Assembly: GCA_963662275.1 (NCBI GenBank)
Contig: OY759316.1
Span: forward strand, 160,001-224,000
Reading direction: 5' to 3'
Origin: Candidatus Cloacimonadales bacterium
GTDB taxonomy: Bacteria; Cloacimonadota; Cloacimonadia; Cloacimonadales; DAONDQ01
Length of the DNA: 64,000 nt
Within the stretch, counting starts at the first letter, position 1. Each line of letters begins with the position of its first letter. Both the position numbers and the translations under genes were made by a program. Positions 19,879 to 28,348 of the stretch are shown in pieces. Under the pieces are notes generated by a model that worked only from the letters and a program-made list of their open reading frames with translations, searched no databases and had not been told where the DNA came from.

Positions 19879-21351
19879 TTAACGTCCGATATTTTCACAT
19901 TCGGCGCTTGTATCTTGTTGTACAAAATCTAACCACTCTACTTTATCTAAAATCAATCCTAATTGTAGAAGATAGGTTGCAAACTCCTGGTAACTCTCTA
20001 AATAATCAGGATATTTCTGAATCATCTTTCGAACTTCATATGAATAATTTACTGACCCATAGAAGGACTGATAAAGAAATTCTTTAATTTTGTTATACTC
20101 CGAAATTGAAATTCTTGAATTGTAAACAACAGGCATACTGACTGTATCAAAATCTTCCCAATTATTAGTTACCAGTAAGTTTTGATATGACACCCAGTCA
20201 TCAGTTCCAGGGAAAGGGGTAAAATAACTAATTTTGATTTCATTAGTATTTAATTTCTCAAGAAAAGTGGTCATAGTTTCTAAGAGATATTCAGGTGTTT
20301 CCCATGGAAATCCGATAATAAGGAAAACTTTTGTGATTATTCCCAGATCATTACACTTGCTGAATAGGCAATTCAGTTCGTCAAGACTGGCACTATCATT
20401 GTGTTTTAGTGTCTTACGCATTTTTATGTCAGCTGTTTCAACGCCAAAACCTATTTTACTACACCCCGCGGAAGCCATATCTTCAAGTAGAGTCATATCC
20501 AATGATGTTTTAGCCATGCAGAACCATCTTGCTTGTTCAGGAATTCCAGATTTCTGTAACTGTTCACATAGTTCATAAGTCCATTTTTTATCTTCTCCAA
20601 ATGCTTGATCTATGAATACTAACGAGTTGCAACCGGAATCAATAATAACTTTTTTAATCTCATTCACAGCAGAATAAGGTGTTCGAGTAATTAGTTGTGA
20701 ACCCCATACTAAATGAGAAGCACAAAATGAACAGTTGTTGTTACATCCTCGCGATAAGAGAAAAGACGCTGCCCCCGTCTGAATTGACGGTGATGGAAAC
20801 ATTAGTCCACGAAGTCTGCAGTTCTGTATATCCTTGACGCATCTCAATGGAGATGGTTGATTATCTAACAATTGGATTCTTTCCGCTCGAAGAACTTTTG
20901 ATTTTCTTGCAATTACAGATCTTGTTTCTTTGTTAGAAAGCTCATACATTATACTCAGAATAGCTTCCTCCCCTTCTCCAACAACAACATAATCGAACAA
21001 CTCAGTACCTGAATCTGCTGGTAGCGCGCTTACATGATAGCCTCCAACAATTAAAATAGACATTGGACTAATTCTACGAACTTGAGAAGCTAACGAGATA
21101 GCTTTGGGCCACTCAGATGTAGTTGCTGAAAAAAGAAGTATTCTTGGAGTATATTGTACTAAAAGCAATGCTTCCTCAGCTGTTACGGTTTTTAAAGAAA
21201 AATTCACCTTTTGTAAAACTGCTGCTATTATGTTATGAGTTAAAGTAGTTGGGTAATCATTAAGTAAATTTGGCATAATTGACTCAAGGTCAATCCAAAG
21301 CAAATCTTTCATTTCTAACTGCATTAAATTACTTGGTTTTATCTTGTCCAT
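19879..21351 (-). CDS. Cobalamin-binding radical SAM enzyme (class B methyltransferase-like)
   Basis: VGGYHVSALP...DYVVVGEGEE B12-binding domain; SRGCNNNCSFC; FGVET, IGFPWET, TPFPGT. Confidence 0.9.
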   Translation of the reverse strand: MDKIKPSNLMQLEMKDLLWIDLESIMPNLLNDYPTTLTHNIIAAVLQKVNFSLKTVTAEEALLLVQYTPRILLFSATTSEWPKAISLASQVRRISPMSILIVGGYHVSALPADSGTELFDYVVVGEGEEAILSIMYELSNKETRSVIARKSKVLRAERIQLLDNQPSPLRCVKDIQNCRLRGLMFPSPSIQTGAASFLLSRGCNNNCSFCASHLVWGSQLITRTPYSAVNEIKKVIIDSGCNSLVFIDQAFGEDKKWTYELCEQLQKSGIPEQARWFCMAKTSLDMTLLEDMASAGCSKIGFGVETADIKMRKTLKHNDSASLDELNCLFSKCNDLGIITKVFLIIGFPWETPEYLLETMTTFLEKLNTNEIKISYFTPFPGTDDWVSYQNLLVTNNWEDFDTVSMPVVYNSRISISEYNKIKEFLYQSFYGSVNYSYEVRKMIQKYPDYLESYQEFATYLLQLGLILDKVEWLDFVQQDTSAECENIGR

Positions 21352-21444
21352 AATAGTGCATATTTCTGAAAATTTAGTTCATGAATACACCATAGAGAAA
21401 TACAAGAGTTTGAATGGGAATGAACTTTTCTTTCTCTCACTTGA

Positions 21445-22608
21445 TCACTCTATTGCATCAAATAAAAGTTGACTATCTGAATCCTTAGTAATTGTCACTC
21501 CACAAAATTCTATTGGTTTAGAATCAGATTGATTTTCAATTCTCTCCAAAAGGCTGGCAAGTTCCTCAGCAGACATGGTTTTGGTCTTCATGAAGCAATT
21601 ATCGAACAGTTTCAAGTATTTATGTTCTGGTTCGAGAATCAGAGTACATAATTTTTCTTCTCCATTAACTCTTACATCTGTAGAAGCTTCTGTGGGATCA
21701 TTCCATTTAATAACCGCTTTCTGGTCAAACATCTGATAATCAACGTTAGCTAAGCCACAAGAACAATATGCTTTGCACAGTGTTTTTTCATATGCAAATC
21801 TAGTAGATATACTATAATCACTCATTTTCATCGAAAACCTTAGAAAACATTTTAACGCCTGACGGTTATTAATACTGAAAAAATCGTTAAGTTTATTTTC
21901 TGCTATTATCACGAAACGCTTTTTCACTTCTGTAACATTAGCACTTAAAAATGCCTTGGCGTGAGGTGGAAAATCGTTAAAATCAAGTTGATCAGTAAGT
22001 GCACGTTTACGTTTTTCCGGAGATTCTTCAAATACATTCTCAAACCACTCTTTCGGAGTATATGGGCATGTCATATATATGGACTTATGTGTGAATGGTA
22101 ACAACTCATTAATTATCTCTGAATACTCTGTAGCACTGGTTACTATTTGAATTTTTGTGGGAGATAGAAAATCTTTGCTTAATTTATGCGAAATAAATAA
22201 AGGAACAATCCACTTAGTTTTTGTCGGGATATTTTCTGATAAACGAAGGAGACTCTCAAAATTACCTTCATCTGTATGGAATGCTACGTATGGAGATAGA
22301 CGATCAAGAGAGTTCATAATATGTGAAAAATATTTCTCTTTAAACTGTATGTCTATATCATTAATTAATTCCTTTGTTTGTTTTCTATCAATTATTCTTA
22401 TTAATCCTAGAATATTATCTGAAATAAGTGCACAGAGACTTATGATGATAAAGTTCCAAGTTCCTATTCCTAAGCATTTAGGAACTGTCTGATGAGCAAT
22501 AATAAGTCCAATGATTATTCCAACACCATATTTAGATATCCGATATAGAGTATTCCAAGTGTGAGTACTAGATTGGTTGTTTTTCTGTTTTCGCTTTTTA
22601 TTACTCAT
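21445..22608 (-). CDS. Hypothetical protein with two N-terminal TM segments and a soluble domain
   Basis: 387-aa ORF starting 1 nt after the rSAM stop with a GGAGG RBS; hydrophobic stretches at about aa 27-70. Confidence 0.75.
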   Translation of the reverse strand: MSNKKRKQKNNQSSTHTWNTLYRISKYGVGIIIGLIIAHQTVPKCLGIGTWNFIIISLCALISDNILGLIRIIDRKQTKELINDIDIQFKEKYFSHIMNSLDRLSPYVAFHTDEGNFESLLRLSENIPTKTKWIVPLFISHKLSKDFLSPTKIQIVTSATEYSEIINELLPFTHKSIYMTCPYTPKEWFENVFEESPEKRKRALTDQLDFNDFPPHAKAFLSANVTEVKKRFVIIAENKLNDFFSINNRQALKCFLRFSMKMSDYSISTRFAYEKTLCKAYCSCGLANVDYQMFDQKAVIKWNDPTEASTDVRVNGEEKLCTLILEPEHKYLKLFDNCFMKTKTMSAEELASLLERIENQSDSKPIEFCGVTITKDSDSQLLFDAIE

Positions 22609-22609
22609 A

Positions 22610-23752
22610 TCACCTCCATTCTTCTATATATTGAGTAACATCAAAATCACTCAGATCAACAAAGATGCATGATGTCTTTTGTCCATTTATGAATCTTTTA
22701 TGCATTGGTCCTCCATCGCAGTATGCCCATTCTGAACACTGAACACAATCACCTGTTTTTCGCCAAGATGCATCTCGGAAAATCTGATACCGGTTTTCCC
22801 AAACTTCATGAATATTGTCTGTGCGAAGATCTCCCTGTATAAAATCTCTTGATATGTTACTACATGATGCAAGTTTACCATCGAATAGAATGCCCAGGTT
22901 ATTCAATCCTGCAATACAGTGAAAAATAAAAGGTCGCACACGTCCTTCAAGTTCTGTACCAAGCCATCCACCACATCCAAGTTCTACCATTGTTGAAGAT
23001 GGATTCGAATAAGTTGAACAAGAATTATCATATTCCTTCTTAAGAAAATCAATCACTCTCAGTAATTGGTTTGGTTTAAGGAGGTGATCAGAATTCTCTT
23101 GCACACGTCCCATAAGATCAATAAACATTACACGAAAAACTCGAGGTTTTATCTCATCCTTGACAAATTTAAAAAACGATTCAAGTTCATTGATATTGCC
23201 TGAATGAGCAACGAACGAAACAGTTACAACATAGCCCGCTGCGACTGTAAGTTGTGCAGCATTAACTGCTTTTACCCATGTCCCTGGTATTCCCCTGAGG
23301 GTGTCATGAGATGATTCGAATCCATCAATACTGATGCCTAATCCAGTAACTCCGAGGTTTTTTAATTCTTTGAGGATAAATGGGTTTTCCGAAATAAAAA
23401 CTCCATTCGTCTGGATATCTATATTTCTATAATAAGGCCAGCGATTGATAGTTTGCAGGATTGTAAGTAGGTCGTTTCGAACAAAAGGCTCTCCGCCAGT
23501 GATATTTATATGCCGAAAATGGTTCATATCGAAATCTTGTGCGATTTCGTTAAAAGCTTCAATAATTTCATATTTCGTTAGTTCAGAAGCAATATCAACT
23601 TCTTCAGAAGGAGAACCACAATGCGAGCACATAAGGTTGCATCTTCGAGTAGCTTCCCAACTAATGATTTGGAGAGGATGCTCCTTCTTAAGGGTTTCTA
23701 TTCGAGATTTCCAATTTTCAAAGAGTGGTTTTAAAACCTCATAATCTGTCAT
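22610..23752 (-). CDS. Radical SAM/SPASM peptide maturase, TIGR04133/splicease-like
   Basis: HPL....WE.T.RCNL.C.HCGS; ITGGEP; QTNG; SPASM cysteines FHCIAG, ASCSNI, CVQCSEWAYCDGG, TSC. Confidence 0.85.
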   Translation of the reverse strand: MTDYEVLKPLFENWKSRIETLKKEHPLQIISWEATRRCNLMCSHCGSPSEEVDIASELTKYEIIEAFNEIAQDFDMNHFRHINITGGEPFVRNDLLTILQTINRWPYYRNIDIQTNGVFISENPFILKELKNLGVTGLGISIDGFESSHDTLRGIPGTWVKAVNAAQLTVAAGYVVTVSFVAHSGNINELESFFKFVKDEIKPRVFRVMFIDLMGRVQENSDHLLKPNQLLRVIDFLKKEYDNSCSTYSNPSSTMVELGCGGWLGTELEGRVRPFIFHCIAGLNNLGILFDGKLASCSNISRDFIQGDLRTDNIHEVWENRYQIFRDASWRKTGDCVQCSEWAYCDGGPMHKRFINGQKTSCIFVDLSDFDVTQYIEEWR

Positions 23753-23928
23753 TATGCAAAAACTTGATCGAAATAATCGTTATTCTCATCATCAGGATGG
23801 CTTCCATACATGTTGTTGACGTATTCTACTGGATTCGACCACTTGAGCATTCTTCTTTTAAATTCGAGTACAGAATCTTTATTTTTTACGGCGGGTGCAT
23901 TGTTGTCCATCTGTGTAGTGTTTGACAT
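23752..23928 (-). CDS. Putative RiPP precursor, 58 aa: MSNTTQMDNNAPAVKNKDSVLEFKRRMLKWSNPVEYVNNMYGSHPDDENNDYFDQVFA (not in ORF track)
   Basis: GGAG RBS at 23940-23937; fills the livK-rSAM gap; stop overlaps the rSAM start (TAATG). Confidence 0.78.
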   Translation of the reverse strand: MSNTTQMDNNAPAVKNKDSVLEFKRRMLKWSNPVEYVNNMYGSHPDDENNDYFDQVFA

Positions 23929-23940
23929 AAGATAATCTCC

Positions 23941-25062
23941 TTATTTTAAGTTAACAGGTTGACCATTAATAATAGTCTTTTTTGCAAATGATTCTGAAAA
24001 AAGATCTCCGTTTGGACGAAAAGCGATTTCGCCAGAAACGCCCTGAAAAGTAACTCCTAAAAGTGCAGAGCGAATCTTTTCAGTGTTGATTGAATTTGCA
24101 GTTTTCACAGCTTTGAAAATCGCCATAGAGGCATCGTAAGCATAGGCTCCAAGTACATCTGGTTCTTCACCATATTTGGTTTTGTATTTCTTAGCGAATT
24201 CGATGAAGCTTGCAGTTTTACTATCAGATGGCGCAGTATAAAAAACACCTTCCGCAGCTTTTCCAGCTATTGTGATAAACTCGGGGGAACCCCAGTTATC
24301 ACCCCCGAAAAGGGGTAAGTTAAGTCCAAGTTCTTTCATCTGTCTAACAAAGACTCCTCCTTCTTTAGGATAAGTTGGAGAGACAATGGCATCGATGTTT
24401 TTCATTCTTTTAAGTTTAGTTATAATTGTACGAAAATCTGTTGAATTTTCTTCCACTCCTTCAGCATGTACTACCTGACCTCCTAATGCTTCAAACTTGC
24501 TTTGAAATCCTTCAGAAAGTGGTTTACCCCAAGCGTTATTTGAAAATACAATCGCAACTCTCTTTTTCCCAATTCCGTATACCCATTTTGAGAGTACTTC
24601 AGCTTGTTGATCATCAGCGGGACAAGTTCGGAAGAAATACTCCCCACCTTGAGTAGATAACTCAGTAGATGATGCTATTGGAGAAATTAATATAACCTTG
24701 AATCTGCTTGCTAAAGGTGCTATAGCTAGACATACGCCACTACCTGCAGAGCCAAATACAACCGGAATTTTATCAATAGAAGCAAATTTTGTCATAATAC
24801 TGACAGCTTCTTTCTTATCATTACGGTCATCCTGAAAATCAACAACAACCTGTTTCCCAAGAAGACCTCCTTTTGCATTCTGGTCTTCCACAGCCATTTC
24901 AATTCCTCGTTTTGCTTTTTGACCATATGATGCTACTTCGCCAGTTAAAGGGAAGGTTGCACCGAAAGTGATCGTGTTTGTTGTTTTATGCCAGGGATGA
25001 AAAATAATTAGTCCAGCAACAATGACTAGCACTAAAATGATAGGCCAAATTGAATTTCTCAT
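23941..25062 (-). CDS. livK: ABC transporter substrate-binding protein, LivJ/LivK-like
   Basis: N-terminal anchor; FPLTGEVASYG...IEMAVE..NAKGGLLGK; YFFRT.P.D; DFRTII; AYAYDA. Confidence 0.88.
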   Translation of the reverse strand: MRNSIWPIILVLVIVAGLIIFHPWHKTTNTITFGATFPLTGEVASYGQKAKRGIEMAVEDQNAKGGLLGKQVVVDFQDDRNDKKEAVSIMTKFASIDKIPVVFGSAGSGVCLAIAPLASRFKVILISPIASSTELSTQGGEYFFRTCPADDQQAEVLSKWVYGIGKKRVAIVFSNNAWGKPLSEGFQSKFEALGGQVVHAEGVEENSTDFRTIITKLKRMKNIDAIVSPTYPKEGGVFVRQMKELGLNLPLFGGDNWGSPEFITIAGKAAEGVFYTAPSDSKTASFIEFAKKYKTKYGEEPDVLGAYAYDASMAIFKAVKTANSINTEKIRSALLGVTFQGVSGEIAFRPNGDLFSESFAKKTIINGQPVNLK

Positions 25063-25103
25063 TAGAGTTCTCCTTTTTGAACATCAATGCAAAACATAAT
25101 TTC

Positions 25104-25132
25104 ATTCTTATCACATCGATTTTTCATGTCAA
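25104..25132 (-). promoter_or_regulatory. Possible promoter of the ABC/rSAM operon
   Basis: Minus strand TTGACA (25132-25127), 16 nt, then TAAGAAT preceded by TGA. Confidence 0.3.
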
Positions 25133-25239
25133 TTAGTTTTTATTATTGCTTGCATCCCCAAGTTATTTTTTAAAGGAAATACCGATTCGCGTCCTTTTGT
25201 GGGGCAATTGTAATTGGCAGAAAAGAGCATCAAACTCTC

Positions 25240-27137
25240 CTGGAGGTGTCCCGTAACTAGCATTAATCTATTTGCTTATTTTGTAAAATATATGATTGTT
25301 TTTAGATGTACACTAAATTACTCAATAGTTTCCGAAAAGCGATGCAAAGACAAGGAAAATGGAGTAATATTTACCTAATTCATGTTTGAATTCTGGTAGG
25401 AAGAGTCTTCATTAGGCTTTTCCTTCAGTATTTTGTAAGTGTAGAAACATTTTCCCTATATTATGTCCTAAAAAGAGGAGGTATAACTGTTCCTTGCATT
25501 TTCTCAATGAACGGACAGTAAATCTCTCAAACTTCCTGTTCCACTTCATGAAAGCAAATACAGCCTCCGGTTCGATGCCTCTTTGCTTTCTCAGCTTGTC
25601 GCCTTTTTCAGAAAGCAGATTATTGACGGTCTGACGTTTTAGGGGAGCTATATGAGGATCGTAGGTCAGCAATTTATGAGTTTTATCCTTGTAGGGAATA
25701 CACTTTTTATTGTGAGGACATTCTATGCAGTCATTACATATATAGGTTTTCACGATTCGTTTCGGACCGTTCTTCTCTGTCTCTTCTTCCTTGATTTTGA
25801 CCAGTCTCCGATTAAATTGACAGCCCCACTCATCATGCTCCTCATCATAGCTAAAGCCTGTCAGAAGAGAGTCCCGATAATCTCTCTTATAATCCTGGGT
25901 CTTGAGATAGCTTGTTATCTCTTTTTCAGCAGCATAATTCAAATTCAGCGCAGTGCCATAGGCAGCATCTCCAACAACGTCGGTAGGATATTGTCCCAAT
26001 TCATCATGCATTTGCTCCATGAGATTGGGAAATTCAACGGTTTCTTTAGGGATATTGAATAAGTGAATGCCTGTGACAAATTGCTCTGAAGTTCCGATAC
26101 TGGCAACATAACCCGGTGCCAGCTGTCCATTTTTCAATCGCATAAATGTGGCATCATTATCAGTCTTGGATGTGCTGCTGCGTCCTTCTCCAATTATCTC
26201 AAGCTGTTGCTCATATTTCTCCAGCTTAGTTATATCATTGCTCTTTGATTTGGAGATTTCGCGCAAAAGAGATTTGATTTTCTTGATAGCCCGAGTATCT
26301 GACGGATGATTTTTCTGTAGTCGGGACATTGCTTCTTTCAGCTTGTTTTCTGCTGAGACCAGTCTATCTCTGATCTGTTCAGATGCGACTGTAGCAGTTT
26401 TCTCTGATTCAACCGCATGCAATTGCTCACCAAGCTCAAGAAGATCAGCGGTTCCATATTGCTGTTGCTCTTCCTGATTATATTCCTCGATCTTTTTAAA
26501 CAATCCCTCAACTCGTGTCTTGACCAGTTCCTGATAACGAAGCGCATTGCTTTTCCAGATGTAGGAATTCTTGCCGGCATTTGCGTGAATCGTCGTCCCG
26601 TCAACAAAACAGGTGTCGAGATCAAGATATCCTAATGATGATGCTTTCAGTACTACCTGATAAAATACATCAATAAGAATATCAGAACACTTAGTCCAGG
26701 CAAAGGTGTTGATCGTTCTGAAATCAGGTTCCTGTTCTCCTGCCAGCCAGATAAAATTGATGTTCTCCCGAACAGCCTTAGCTATCTTCCGACAGGTATA
26801 AATACCATTGATATAGGCGTATACAATGATCTTCAACATCATCTTGGGATGATAAGCAGGTGTACCTTCATCAGAGTATCTTGAGTATAGCTCAGTTAAG
26901 TCCAGTTGCTCAATGATATCGTTAACATAACGAACCATATGTTTGGGGGGTATTTTTTCGCTTATATTAAGCCCGAAAAGAGTACCCTGATCCGGGTTGT
27001 GTTCTCTGAAATTCATAGTGTCTCTCTATACTTAGTTTTTAAAGGCAATAATACACCATAGAACAATATGTCAAGATATATAACTAATTATTTAATAGTT
27101 GCTATTTTTCTATCATTTAGTTTCGGGACATCTCCAG
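25240..27137 (-). mobile_element. IS1182-family insertion sequence
   Basis: Terminal IRs ctggaggtgtcccgtaacta / tagtttcgggacatctccag (18/20 match) enclosing the transposase; exact ends uncertain by a few nt. Confidence 0.85.
25412..27016 (-). CDS. IS1182-family transposase
   Basis: G.PAYHPKMMLK, PDFRTI, VDGTTIHANA, SKTD.DATFMR, GDAAY, R..EPE.VF..K. Confidence 0.93.
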   Translation of the reverse strand: MNFREHNPDQGTLFGLNISEKIPPKHMVRYVNDIIEQLDLTELYSRYSDEGTPAYHPKMMLKIIVYAYINGIYTCRKIAKAVRENINFIWLAGEQEPDFRTINTFAWTKCSDILIDVFYQVVLKASSLGYLDLDTCFVDGTTIHANAGKNSYIWKSNALRYQELVKTRVEGLFKKIEEYNQEEQQQYGTADLLELGEQLHAVESEKTATVASEQIRDRLVSAENKLKEAMSRLQKNHPSDTRAIKKIKSLLREISKSKSNDITKLEKYEQQLEIIGEGRSSTSKTDNDATFMRLKNGQLAPGYVASIGTSEQFVTGIHLFNIPKETVEFPNLMEQMHDELGQYPTDVVGDAAYGTALNLNYAAEKEITSYLKTQDYKRDYRDSLLTGFSYDEEHDEWGCQFNRRLVKIKEEETEKNGPKRIVKTYICNDCIECPHNKKCIPYKDKTHKLLTYDPHIAPLKRQTVNNLLSEKGDKLRKQRGIEPEAVFAFMKWNRKFERFTVRSLRKCKEQLYLLFLGHNIGKMFLHLQNTEGKA

Positions 27138-27183
27138 TTTCTTTAACCAAAGGGAGGATTGCCAATCGGGAAGGGGGGTATTT

Positions 27184-27642
27184 TCACATCACATGATCCA
27201 GCATACTTGCTTCCTCAATTTCCACCAGCAATCCGTTTTGCATACTCTCTACAACTGATCTCATCGGATATTCATTCTGCACTATCTCTTCCCTGGTGAT
27301 AGTCGCCAGATCGATCTCAGGGTGCAGTTTCTTCAGTTTCCACAGCATACCGGTGAACAGGGCGGAGCCGGAAGCTGGTAGTTTATCGTTATTTTCTGGC
27401 AACGTGGAAAACAGCTTTGCATAGCAGGATAAATCCAACTTATACTCCGCTGAGAGTGTTTTGTACATCTTATGCAGATGTTTGGTGATTGTGCCAAAGA
27501 TGTGATGATGGGCTTTTATGGTCGGTTCGGGTAAGGTCTTGGCAATGACGACTTCCCCGTTTTTATAACTGCTGTAGTATAGTTCTTCCTTGCGGTTTGT
27601 TCCGCGGAAGGATTTTACTGCGTGTTTGAATGTAGTTTTCAT
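27184..27642 (-). CDS. Uncharacterised 152-aa protein, paralog 3
   Basis: AAGGAG RBS; homologous to 6173-6631 and 16337-16578. Confidence 0.8.
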   Translation of the reverse strand: MKTTFKHAVKSFRGTNRKEELYYSSYKNGEVVIAKTLPEPTIKAHHHIFGTITKHLHKMYKTLSAEYKLDLSCYAKLFSTLPENNDKLPASGSALFTGMLWKLKKLHPEIDLATITREEIVQNEYPMRSVVESMQNGLLVEIEEASMLDHVM

Positions 27643-27659
27643 TTTAGTCTCCTTTTTTT

Positions 27660-27827
27660 AACCACGAAACACACTAAAAACACGAAAAGCAGAGCAGAGA
27701 AGATTAATTCTAAACTTGTAATCTTGTTTTAACGAAAGTCTAATGTATCTAAATATAATCTGATTTTCAATACTCAACAAAATACATAAAAATCTCTTCT
27801 TTCGTGTATTTCGTGTGTTTCGTGGTT
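27660..27827. repeat. Inverted repeat built of 9-mers (cacgaaaca-like) around a ~110-nt spacer; MITE-like
   Basis: aaccacgaaacacactaaaaacacgaaaa vs ctttcgtgtatttcgtgtgtttcgtggtt (26/29). Confidence 0.75.
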
Positions 27828-27842
27828 TAATTCTATCTTCTC

Positions 27843-27870
27843 TTCGAACTTCGAACTTCGTACTTCGCAC
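27843..27870. repeat. Heptamer tandem repeat (ttcgaac-like) x4
   Basis: ttcgaac ttcgaac ttcgtac ttcgcac. Confidence 0.75.
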
Positions 27871-27890
27871 TTTCTATTTGAGCTGGGTTT

Positions 27891-27930
27891 CATCTAGGCA
27901 TCATCTAGGGATCATCTAGGGATCATCTAG
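27891..27930. repeat. 11-mer tandem repeat (catctagggat) x4
   Basis: catctag at 27891, 27902, 27913, 27924. Confidence 0.8.
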
Positions 27931-28348
27931 ACTTTTTTAGATTTTCCTCAGGTTTTCCTTAGTTTTTGTTTCTTTTCTGTTTTCTTCATATTCCATTAGA
28001 GCTATAATTGGCTTTCACATATGACGTCTCCTCGATACAATTGGATAAATCCAATCACTCGGAGAACTCTTCTTTCTGTTCTGAACCTGTCGGCTGTTGC
28101 CTGTAAACTGTCAGCTTCTGCAAATTTGTTGTTGGGTTTGAAACCCAATAACTCTGGAAACCCCGAGGTTTCAAACCATCGGGGAAAACATGATACAATC
28201 ATATGATACAAGGTCGGAACGCTGTTTTCAAACGGCTATGCATTAATAAAAGGCACAAAATATAGCTTACTATAGGAAGGTTAGAAAATTAAGGTAGAAA
28301 AACCTCCCTCGTTGATATACATAGATCAAATCAACAAAGGAGGTAACA

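Noticed and set aside
23725..23925. 66-aa plus-strand ORF in the track
   Set aside because: Antisense to the operon with no RBS; the minus-strand 58-aa ORF has an RBS and translational coupling
27658..28211. Short ORFs 27658-27870, 28002-28211, 28021-28206
   Set aside because: They derive from tandem or inverted repeats or lack an RBS and recognisable motifs
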